A stretch of DNA of 64,000 bases from Candidatus Saccharimonadales bacterium (GTDB taxonomy: Bacteria > Patescibacteriota > Saccharimonadia > Saccharimonadales > UBA4665): contig JBGTMJ010000018.1 of NCBI GenBank assembly GCA_041743655.1, positions 11,225-75,224 on the forward strand, read 5' to 3'. Under the pieces are notes generated by a model, which worked only from the letters and a program-made list of their open reading frames with translations, had not been told where the DNA came from and searched no databases. This document shows positions 8,037 through 16,321 of this stretch, in pieces (the stretch's first letter is position 1; every line of letters starts with the position of its first letter). Both the position numbers and the translations under genes were made by a program.

Positions 8037-9350
8037 CTAGGGCGTAAGCCGATTGATATCACGCGGGAACAGAATAGCTTCCTTAATATTGTTCAAGCCA
8101 GCCACTTTTTCAGTAAAGCGGTCTATGCCAAACCCACAGCCGCCATGTGGTGGTAAGCCGTGTTTGAAAGCCAGCAAGTAATGGCTGAAGCCCGGATGCG
8201 TCGGGTCAATACCTTTACTTTTCATTTGCTCGATCATTTTGTCGTAGTTGTGCTCACGCATCGGACATGTGGCAATTTCTACGCCGCGAAAGAGCAGGTC
8301 GGCAGCGAGTACTGTTTCGCCGTCATCTTCCGGGTTAAGCATTTGGTAAAACTTGTGGACTTCTTTAGGAAAGTGCGTGGCATAGACTGCCTCACTGCCG
8401 TCATGCTTTTTAGCGTATTCGCAGATCCATTTTTCTTCGTCAGGTATAAGGTCTTTCTCGGCAGTGGTGTCTTTGCCAGTGGCCTTGGTATACAGCTCAT
8501 GAATTTGAGCTACCGTATAACGCGGGAATTTCTTGCCGATCACTAGTTCCGGGGCGTTGAGACTCTTAAGCTCGTCAGCATATTCTTTGTGCACATTAGT
8601 CAGTACGTAATACACCATGTCCTGTACCATGTTCAGGACGTCTTCGTGGCTTTCTATAAAACCCATCTCAATGTCAAGCATAGTTACTTCGGATACATGT
8701 CGCGTTGTAGCTGACAGTTCGGCCCTAAAAGCCGGAGCAATTTCAAACACACGTTCGAATACGCCTACCATAATCTGCTTATACAACTGGGGACTCTGGG
8801 CTAATGATGCTTCTTGTCCAAAGTAATCCAGCTTGAATACCTCCGCGCCACTTTCGGCAGCACCGGCGACCAGTTTAGGGGAATTGATTTCAGTAAAATC
8901 CTGGCCCGACAAAAACTCGCGGACATAACGTAAGATAGCAGCACGTATCTTGAATATCTTCTGCTCCTGCAGGTTACGCAGGCCAATAACGCGGTTATCA
9001 AAAAGGGTGTCGAGGTTGTCAGGTTTATGACTCAGCGGCTTGTCGATCTCTACGGGCGGTTCTTCGTTCACGGGAACCATAATTTCTAACACAGCATCGT
9101 GCAGTTCAACGCCACCAGGAGACCGGGGCTCCAGGGCGGCCGTACCTTCAGCTTTCATGACTGTACCAACTTGTAGGCCTCTCAGCTTTTCGACTTCGTC
9201 CTTATCTTTGATCACTATCTGCACTAAACCAGCTCGGTCACGCACATTAATAAATGTTAAGCCACCCAGCAACCTTTTTTTGTGCAACCAACCTTGCACC
9301 ATTACTTTTTTGCCAACGTGACCTTTCAGTTCTTTGCTCAGAATTCTCAT
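8037..9350 (-). CDS. aspS: aspartate--tRNA ligase, short archaeal/eukaryal type (class IIb)
   Basis: ATG at 9350 with AAGGAG upstream; the track ORF adds 23 unsupported residues. OB-fold N-terminus (VMVQGWLHKKRLLGGLTFINVRDRAG), FRAE...TRH motif 2, GGCGFGIDR...FPRDINRLTP motif 3. At 437 aa it lacks the bacterial insertion domain. Confidence 0.8.
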   Translation of the reverse strand: MRILSKELKGHVGKKVMVQGWLHKKRLLGGLTFINVRDRAGLVQIVIKDKDEVEKLRGLQVGTVMKAEGTAALEPRSPGGVELHDAVLEIMVPVNEEPPVEIDKPLSHKPDNLDTLFDNRVIGLRNLQEQKIFKIRAAILRYVREFLSGQDFTEINSPKLVAGAAESGAEVFKLDYFGQEASLAQSPQLYKQIMVGVFERVFEIAPAFRAELSATTRHVSEVTMLDIEMGFIESHEDVLNMVQDMVYYVLTNVHKEYADELKSLNAPELVIGKKFPRYTVAQIHELYTKATGKDTTAEKDLIPDEEKWICEYAKKHDGSEAVYATHFPKEVHKFYQMLNPEDDGETVLAADLLFRGVEIATCPMREHNYDKMIEQMKSKGIDPTHPGFSHYLLAFKHGLPPHGGCGFGIDRFTEKVAGLNNIKEAILFPRDINRLTP

Positions 9351-9476
9351 GTAGAAAATCTCCTTATACCAATAATCAGCTTTTAAGCAGGGCCGGGGCA
9401 GCTGCATATGAAGCGTCAAACGTAGCTGGCGACCCGATGATTACTACTCACGCTGCCTGGAGTGAAACACTAAGGC

Positions 9477-10562
9477 CTATTTTACCACCTCTGTTGCTCC
9501 AGGAGAAGCGGACTCTTCAATGGCTTCCGCATTTTGTTCTGACTGCCCTTGTTGTTCCTCTGCAGCACCCGATAATGGCTCGTAAGCGGCAACAGACCGC
9601 CGATCACCGTAGCTACTTACCATATCTACCTGTAGCTCACCAAGCAACTCTTCCATGAGAGCATCGAAGGTGACAACGCCAAGAAACTCTTCGAACTTGT
9701 TAATCACTGCCGCTATATGCTGTCCTGTTTCCTGAAATGCTGCGAGTACCTGTCTCAAGGTAAAGTCTTCGTGGATGAAAATCAGATCGTTCCGGATAAG
9801 ATCAATAACCCTGCCCCCTTGCTTAGCAGCCGCAGCGTCACTCATATGCAATGAGCCAATGATGTTACTTTTAGCGCCCTTATAGACCAGACATACTTTC
9901 TGACCGCTACTATGGATCTGGTCAAGAAGAACCGGACCAATCGATTCATCGGCATTGATTAGTTGTACAGAGTGACGTGGCCGCGCTATATCAGCGGCAA
10001 GCCTGTCACCAAATAGCAGGGCACGCTGAGTTAAGTCCAGTTCTTCATGAGAGATACGGTTATCAGACTGCTCCTTCTGGAGCTTTAACAGGTCAAGTAA
10101 GTCCTGCTTTTCATAGAGTCTGCTATGTGGTTCCAGCGCGCGGTGCCGGCTGATGAGTGCCGCCGTCCGTTGAAGCGGTGAGTACAAATAAGATAACGCC
10201 CCGGCAACTAACGGTGCTGCAAAGGCAGCTAGTCGAGCTGTATGGAGCGTCAGTCGCATTGAAGGTATCCACACGAAAAGGGTAGCTACTAAAATGACGA
10301 GCAGGACAAAGGCGGCAGCTACAGGTAAAACAGGCAGAATGACGAGTAGTCCTGCTGGCAGCATGATGATTATTATCAGCCACAAAAGTACCCGTAAGCT
10401 TGGACCATAGGCTATTGCCCGGTATAAAGTTTGAGCCAGTTGGTCTCCTTGTCTTGCCTGGCGCTTTACCTCCTTAACGGGGATGCTGCTGTAAAGCCGT
10501 TGAAGCATAGTAGCCAATACTGCGCATAGGACGAGTAATGAACCATTGACAATCTCGATCAT
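9477..10562 (-). CDS. CNNM/DUF21-type membrane protein with CBS pair (HlyC/CorC family transporter-like)
   Basis: About four N-terminal TM helices, then a CBS-pair-like region (…IIGSLHMSD…, …FLGVVTFDALMEELLGEL). No CorC_HlyC C-terminal domain is evident. Confidence 0.75.
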   Translation of the reverse strand: MIEIVNGSLLVLCAVLATMLQRLYSSIPVKEVKRQARQGDQLAQTLYRAIAYGPSLRVLLWLIIIIMLPAGLLVILPVLPVAAAFVLLVILVATLFVWIPSMRLTLHTARLAAFAAPLVAGALSYLYSPLQRTAALISRHRALEPHSRLYEKQDLLDLLKLQKEQSDNRISHEELDLTQRALLFGDRLAADIARPRHSVQLINADESIGPVLLDQIHSSGQKVCLVYKGAKSNIIGSLHMSDAAAAKQGGRVIDLIRNDLIFIHEDFTLRQVLAAFQETGQHIAAVINKFEEFLGVVTFDALMEELLGELQVDMVSSYGDRRSVAAYEPLSGAAEEQQGQSEQNAEAIEESASPGATEVVK

Positions 10563-10581
10563 ATCTTCATCTTACCATGTA

Positions 10582-10743
10582 CTATAGCCACCATACTCTG
10601 ACTTCTATTAGAGCTGGCTGATGATCGCTGAGATAAAACAGTTCATTTAGGCCTGAATCGTATCTTTTGATATGTTGATGAAAAGATCTGTTTAGCCAGT
10701 AAGGACAGTCAGATCGTGGTGAGTCAGAGGGTAGTGGCTATAG
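10582..10743. repeat. 22-nt inverted repeat pair (19/22) in a divergent promoter region
   Basis: CTATAGCCACCATACTCTGACT (10582..10603) and AGTCAGAGGGTAGTGGCTATAG (10722..10743), 118 nt apart. An internal hairpin ATCTTTT/AAAAGAT lies between them. Confidence 0.6.
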
Positions 10744-10806
10744 GCTACAGCTAATATTACGCTAGCGGATGATATACTTGAGATACATAAGGAGAAAGCG
10801 ATTAGT

Positions 10807-11448
10807 ATGGACAAACGTTTTTTGGCAACTGTCAGCATTATTATTGCCATATTTGTGGGTATCTTATGGTTGAGTAGCAGTAAGACCACGAACGATCAAA
10901 CCGCAAGCTCGAGCGCACAGCCAACAAGTCACCTTAAGGGAAACAAAAACTCCAGCATCAAATTTGTCGAGTACGGCGACTTTCAATGCCCAGCCTGTTA
11001 TGGATATGAACCCGTTGTGCAGCAGATACGCGAGAAATATAAAGATCAGATTACCTTGCAGTTTATACATTTCCCGCTAGTACAGATACACCCAAACGCC
11101 ATGGCGGCTCACAGGGCGGCTGAAGCAGCACACAAACAAGGAAAATTCTGGGAGTTTCATGACCTGCTCTACCAGAACCAGGAGCAATGGTCGAAATTGT
11201 CTTCGCTCACCCCAATATTTGAAGGCTATGCCCAGCAGTTGGGCTTAAATGTTGCACAATTTAAAACTGATACCGCAAGTTCAGGAGTGAATGCTATCAT
11301 CCAGGCCGATATCAAAAAAGGGCAAAAAATCGGTGTGAACTCTACGCCGACTTTCTTACTAAACGGCAAGAAGATCCAAGCTACTTCTTTAGAAGCTTCA
11401 TTTGAAGAGTTTTCTAAGCTCATTGACGAAGCGCTGAAGAAACAGTAA
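10807..11448 (+). CDS. DsbA-family thiol:disulfide oxidoreductase, membrane anchored
   Basis: AAGGAG SD. N-terminal TM, CPAC active-site motif (GDFQCPACYGYEP) and the thioredoxin-fold C-terminal motif VNSTPTFLLNGKK. Confidence 0.85.
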   Translation: MDKRFLATVSIIIAIFVGILWLSSSKTTNDQTASSSAQPTSHLKGNKNSSIKFVEYGDFQCPACYGYEPVVQQIREKYKDQITLQFIHFPLVQIHPNAMAAHRAAEAAHKQGKFWEFHDLLYQNQEQWSKLSSLTPIFEGYAQQLGLNVAQFKTDTASSGVNAIIQADIKKGQKIGVNSTPTFLLNGKKIQATSLEASFEEFSKLIDEALKKQ

Positions 11449-11709
11449 GCAATCATAAATTGGTCTGTAAAGAGCCTAGTACTTAAGAAACTCTTTCCAC
11501 GCTGGCCGGCGAACCGCAACTGGCACTCTTTCTGGCTTTGAACGAATAATTTTTATTTTTACTGACACTTTAACCTCCACGTGGGGCACGCTACCAAGCA
11601 ACGTAAAAACCCATGCAATTTTTATTTTTTTAACACCTTTTTATCTCCCAAGCGAAATAGATAGATCGCTTTAAGCTTACCCGTAGTCTAGCAATAGCCG
11701 TTATGCTTG

Positions 11710-12174
11710 TCAAGCTTGTTTCGTGTGCCCTATAAGCTTTTTGAGTGCCGCTAACCTGGGTACGAAACTTTGGGCAGCACCTTCAAGATCAAATATCCTC
11801 AGTGCGCCGACAAGTACATAGAGCCGATCTATATCTTCTTGCATAACTTCCCCTGAGTTCTCGGTATTCGTGAAGAAGTACTCAATCTTGCTAACTAACC
11901 ACTTCTCTTCACTAGGCATGATAGTGTTAACTGGCACCTCATGGTTATCCGTTGGCGCTGTAACTTCTAATGACCGTGCCGAATGCTGGCGCTTGCGTAC
12001 GTGGCCTCTCTTAACGAGGTTATTAATGTGTAATGCGACAGTAGCAACAGAGCTATAGTCGAGGCCTGTCATAATCTCTCGATAACTGGGGCTGTAGCCA
12101 TGTTCACTAATGAAGCGTTCAATAAAGGTTAGTAACTCACGTTGCTTTTTCGTTGGACGAACCGTGTCAGCCAT
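11710..12174 (-). CDS. LexA-type winged-helix DNA-binding protein lacking an S24 peptidase domain
   Basis: N-terminus TKKQRELLTFIERFISEHGYSPSYREIMTGLDYSSVATVALHINNLVKRGHV matches the LexA DNA-binding domain pattern. The remaining ~80 aa show no Ala-Gly site and no Ser/Lys dyad motifs. Confidence 0.7.
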   Translation of the reverse strand: MADTVRPTKKQRELLTFIERFISEHGYSPSYREIMTGLDYSSVATVALHINNLVKRGHVRKRQHSARSLEVTAPTDNHEVPVNTIMPSEEKWLVSKIEYFFTNTENSGEVMQEDIDRLYVLVGALRIFDLEGAAQSFVPRLAALKKLIGHTKQA

Positions 12175-12223
12175 ATACCCGCTCCCTATGCTTTTCTCGT
12201 TACGCTGTTATTAAAAATCTATA

Positions 12224-12403
12224 CCAGAAAGTTTCATATCGTGGAGAATCCTACATCGGCCATCGGTTTGGCAGGCAACCAGTTCCGCCCAAACACGCTG
12301 AAACAGATAGCGAAAACTATGTAGCCGGACCAGAGATATATGGTGTGCCCGACTAGATACTCAAAAAACTGAATAGCATTCCGGTGCGTAGGACGAAAGT
12401 CAG
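12224..12403 (-). pseudogene. 59-codon ORF resembling the N-terminal half of a GtrA-family protein (possible remnant)
   Basis: Not in the track (<60 aa). ATG 12403..12401 overlaps the TGA of the upstream ligase gene (ATGA), with GGAG upstream. MKRTDFRPTHRNAIQFFEYLVGHTIYLWSGYIVFAICFSVFGRNWLPAKP... has two TM helices and ends 50 nt before the LexA-like gene start. Confidence 0.3.
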
Positions 12404-13740
12404 TGCGTTTCATCTCCTTCTAGTATAGCAAGTGCTATGCCAGCTAGACCCCACCAAACAAGGCTCACACTATCATCGGTCCACGCATGCCAAAATAAAT
12501 TGATAACACTTATGCCGGCAAAACTCGCCAACAAGACTATTGGCAATATCTCCGTGCGCCGTGTCCACAACTCGCGCAGCACCGACACCACAATCACAAT
12601 GAAAAGAACCATACCTATCCAACCCACTTCCTGACCTATCTGTATATAGTAGTTTTCGGCTATCCGCGCAGGGTGGTCGTTGTGCTGGGAGGCCGGGCCG
12701 GCCGTACCAGGGCCTCTACCAAGTGGTTCTTTTGCCACATCCCCTAAACCACCCTTCAGGGCACTCAGACGATCTTCATTAGAACTTCGCGGAGAACCTG
12801 AATGTTCATCGGTGTGGAAAAAAGTATTCTGAAAGACATCATTGTGTCTAAGCACGGCAACGGCAACTGTGCCACTTAGGGCAACAAAGACCATGCCGAT
12901 TAACAATACGCGCCGCGCCTTGTAGCTACCCAGCAACAGCCAACACGCCGTAACTGTTGCAATAATCATTCCTATATATGCACTTCGCGAATAGGTAGAG
13001 CCCAATACAACTAGGGCGCTTATCAGGCACGCGCCTACCCCAACCTGCTCTCGCTTGCTCCATAGCTTTCCTTTTCTAATCAACAACACCAAAAGTGCAG
13101 TTACAACAACTACCAAATAAGCACCTAAAGGATTTGCGCCTCTCAAAGTAGATTGTACGCGCATATATTCGGGTTTCTGATCCACTGTTTGGTAGGGTGA
13201 GATGGTATCCTGCCCATAGCCCACATGGCGAAGAATATCAGCTGGCAATACAAAAGCTTGCAGTAGACCAAAGATAACCACCAACAGTGCAGGGACTAAT
13301 AAAAAAGCTTGCCAGTGGGCAAACAACACATTCCTATGCCCAGCCACCACCCAGCAAACCACGAAAAAGACGAGAAACCGTAAGTTAACAACCAGAGCAT
13401 ACCCTAACGCTGTAGTATTCACCTCGTTATACAGAATCGCTACTATCCCCCACAATAGATGCAATGCACTATAACTAGCTATTATCCAAAAAAGTGACCT
13501 CGTGTGCACTGGCCTACTATCTCTTCTGCTTTTGACGAGGAGATATAGTACAAGCAAGGACAAAACGACAATGAGCAACTCTTTCCAGAGTCTAGTCGCA
13601 TCGTAGCTGCCCGCAGCACTTCCTATCCATACCGTCAGTAATGCATGAAAAGGTATTAGTACAAAAATACCCAGGATGATTCCTGTTGCTACTTGGGCTG
13701 TGAGTTTGGTAGAAAGAAACTGCATAGATGTTACAATCAA
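12400..13740 (-). CDS. O-antigen ligase / Wzy-like polytopic membrane protein
   Basis: About 10-12 TM helices and a large loop after ...STYSRSAYIGMIIATV..., as in the Wzy_C family. The track start is TTG at 13740; an in-frame ATG at 13725 (MQFLSTK...) is an equally plausible start. Confidence 0.7.
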   Translation of the reverse strand: MIVTSMQFLSTKLTAQVATGIILGIFVLIPFHALLTVWIGSAAGSYDATRLWKELLIVVLSLLVLYLLVKSRRDSRPVHTRSLFWIIASYSALHLLWGIVAILYNEVNTTALGYALVVNLRFLVFFVVCWVVAGHRNVLFAHWQAFLLVPALLVVIFGLLQAFVLPADILRHVGYGQDTISPYQTVDQKPEYMRVQSTLRGANPLGAYLVVVVTALLVLLIRKGKLWSKREQVGVGACLISALVVLGSTYSRSAYIGMIIATVTACWLLLGSYKARRVLLIGMVFVALSGTVAVAVLRHNDVFQNTFFHTDEHSGSPRSSNEDRLSALKGGLGDVAKEPLGRGPGTAGPASQHNDHPARIAENYYIQIGQEVGWIGMVLFIVIVVSVLRELWTRRTEILPIVLLASFAGISVINLFWHAWTDDSVSLVWWGLAGIALAILEGDETH

Positions 13741-13752
13741 GTATAACGGCCT

Positions 13753-15195
13753 ATGAAAAATAATGCTTCCCTGATATATAGCCTTGCTTTGGTGGTGGGA
13801 GACTTATTTGCTTTGGTGGCTGCAGGAATTGTAGCGTACATCTTGCGCGTCAAGTTACAGATAGGCGTAGATGACCGAACACTGCCTCCGATAAATAGCA
13901 TTACCTATATCAAGCTGTTTTCGTCAATGCTACCGTTTTGTATCTTTATATTTGCCCTGCTCGGTTTGTACAACAACAGTATTTACGAGAAACGTTTTAC
14001 GGAACTTAACCGCCTTTTTATTGGCACGTTCATCGGACTACTTTTTGCCGTGTTTTGGAACTTCCTTGCCAGTGAACCTATATTTCCTGCCCGGCTTATT
14101 CCGATCTACGCATTCGGATTTGGATTTGTCTTTCTGGTCGTCTTGCGTAATTTGGCACGTCTTATACGCACACAACTTTTTTCTTATGAAATAGGCCTTA
14201 CTAAAGTACTGCTCATAGGCAATACTGATATGACCAGTGAAGTCGTGGATTGGCTGGCAGACAGCAGACGGTCAGGCTACAAAATAGTTGGAGTTGTCGG
14301 TCAGAAGCGGACAATAGGCAACCGAGATATTCCTACCTATCCTTCATTCCAACAATTCCTGAAAGAAAGAAACGAGGAGTTCCACGGTATAATCCAGACT
14401 GAACTTTTCGTCGACGAAGCAAAAAATGCTGAGATATTAACGTACGCGCAGCAGCAGCATGCCAGCTATCGTTTCGTTCCAACCAACACCGGTCTATTTG
14501 TGGGCAATCTGGAAGTAGAGCTATTCCGTTCCTCGCTGCCGGTTATCACCATCCATCAGACAGCTTTGTTCGGTTGGGGAAGAATTGTCAAACGTATTAC
14601 CGACCTGCTTTTCGGCAGCTTGCTACTGCTGATTGCTCTGCCGATGATGGTGTTTATAGCTGTAGTTATAAAATTATCTGGTGGTGGATCGATCTTTTTT
14701 CGACAAATGCGGCTCACCCGCTTCAATCAAACCTTCAAAGTCTTTAAGTTCCACACGCAATATGCTAAATACGATGGCACCACTCCAGAGGAGGCCTTTA
14801 CAATGATGGGCAGACCAGAACTGGCACAAGAGTATCGAGAGAACGGTGATTTCCTTGCCAATGACCCACGTATCACTCCCGTAGGCAAATTCTTACGAGC
14901 TACCAGCCTCGATGAATGGCCACAGCTTATCAATGTTCTCAAGGGCGACATTAGTATTGTCGGGCCAAGGGCACTCATACCTCAAGAGTTGGAGACATAT
15001 CAGAAACGCCACACCATATTAAGCGTTAAATCTGGTATAACGGGATTGGCGCAAGTCTCTGGAAGGCGGGATATAAGCTTTGAGGAACGGCGAACGTTAG
15101 ATCTTTATTATGTACAAAACTGGAGTTTGTGGCTGGATTTGACTGTTATGGCCAAGACCGTCCGTGCCATTATGGGGCGGGCAGGGGCAAGATAA
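13753..15195 (+). CDS. polyprenyl-phosphate hexose-1-phosphate transferase (WbaP/exopolysaccharide sugar transferase family)
   Basis: N-terminal TM bundle, central Rossmann-like segment (VLLIGNTDM...) and the C-terminal bacterial sugar transferase motif [22 protein letters not shown]...[11 protein letters not shown]. Confidence 0.9.
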   Translation: MKNNASLIYSLALVVGDLFALVAAGIVAYILRVKLQIGVDDRTLPPINSITYIKLFSSMLPFCIFIFALLGLYNNSIYEKRFTELNRLFIGTFIGLLFAVFWNFLASEPIFPARLIPIYAFGFGFVFLVVLRNLARLIRTQLFSYEIGLTKVLLIGNTDMTSEVVDWLADSRRSGYKIVGVVGQKRTIGNRDIPTYPSFQQFLKERNEEFHGIIQTELFVDEAKNAEILTYAQQQHASYRFVPTNTGLFVGNLEVELFRSSLPVITIHQTALFGWGRIVKRITDLLFGSLLLLIALPMMVFIAVVIKLSGGGSIFFRQMRLTRFNQTFKVFKFHTQYAKYDGTTPEEAFTMMGRPELAQEYRENGDFLANDPRITPVGKFLRATSLDEWPQLINVLKGDISIVGPRALIPQELETYQKRHTILSVKSGITGLAQVSGRRDISFEERRTLDLYYVQNWSLWLDLTVMAKTVRAIMGRAGAR

Positions 15196-16298
15196 TGGCC
15201 ACGAAGCGTCCGGGCTTAAAAGTAGCCATTGTCCACGATTGGCTTGTTAGCGGAGGAGCAGAACAAGTGGTGCTTGCCTTGCATCAAATGTTTCCCAACG
15301 CGCCTATCTACACATCATATTCCACTGACGAGTGGCGCACTAAGCTGGACAACAAGGTCATAACCGGCATGCTTCAGCATTTGCCCTTCTCTACATTGCG
15401 CAAATTCATACCTTTTTTACGTATATGGTGGTTTTTGCGCCTCAAGTTTGACGGCTATGACTTGGTAATCAGCAGCTCTGGCGCGGAAGCCAAAGGTATA
15501 CGGGTGCCTAAAGGCACAGTACATATCAACTACTGCCATGCGCCAACCCACTATTACTGGAGTCGTTACGATGAGTATATGGCACATCCGGGTTTTGGTT
15601 TTTTTGACCCGCTTGCCCGTTTGGGGTTACGCGTACTTGTCGGACCGCTGCGCAGTTGGGACTTGCAGGCTGCTAAACGCCCCGATGTCATGATCGCCAA
15701 CTCCACACATATACAGCGGTCTATTAAGAAATATTATGGCCGGGAGTCGTCAGTGATATTCCCACCCGTTGACATAGAGCGCTTCGCCCAGACGGGCGGT
15801 ACGCAGAGGGATGGTTATGTAGTTGCCGGCAGGCAGACGCCCTATAAACGGATTGATTTAGCCGTGCAAGCTGCTACCAGGCTTAATGTAGCCCTCAAAG
15901 TTATAGGCAGGGGATCTGACCACGCCAGGCTGGCTTCAATGGCTGGCCCGTCGGTGACATTTCTGGAGCATGTTTCCGATGCCGAAATGCCCAAATATTT
16001 TGCGGGAGCTAAGGCATTTTTGTTTCCAGGGCTTGACGATTTTGGTATTGTTGCCGTCGAGGCGTTGGCCGCCGGTACGCCAGTAATAGCATATCAGGCT
16101 GGCGGCTCGCTGGATTACGTGGAGCCACATAAAACAGGGATATTTTTTGACGAACAAACTGTTGATGCACTCTGTGGCGCCCTAGAAGAGTTTGAGCACG
16201 CATCGTTCGATTCTACCTATATCAGGCAGTACGCCGAACGTTTCACGCCCGATATGTTCACCCAAAAATTGACAAAACTAATTAAAAATGTACTATGA
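15195..16298 (+). CDS. glycosyltransferase family 4 (GT-B)
   Basis: ATG at 15195 overlaps the upstream TAA (TAATG). KVAIVHDWLVSGGAEQV N-terminus and a C-terminal EX7E-type motif FLFPGLDDFGIVAVEALAAGTPVIA. Confidence 0.85.
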   Translation: MATKRPGLKVAIVHDWLVSGGAEQVVLALHQMFPNAPIYTSYSTDEWRTKLDNKVITGMLQHLPFSTLRKFIPFLRIWWFLRLKFDGYDLVISSSGAEAKGIRVPKGTVHINYCHAPTHYYWSRYDEYMAHPGFGFFDPLARLGLRVLVGPLRSWDLQAAKRPDVMIANSTHIQRSIKKYYGRESSVIFPPVDIERFAQTGGTQRDGYVVAGRQTPYKRIDLAVQAATRLNVALKVIGRGSDHARLASMAGPSVTFLEHVSDAEMPKYFAGAKAFLFPGLDDFGIVAVEALAAGTPVIAYQAGGSLDYVEPHKTGIFFDEQTVDALCGALEEFEHASFDSTYIRQYAERFTPDMFTQKLTKLIKNVL

Positions 16299-16321
16299 TA
16301 TCATTCACGGAGAGCTTTTAA

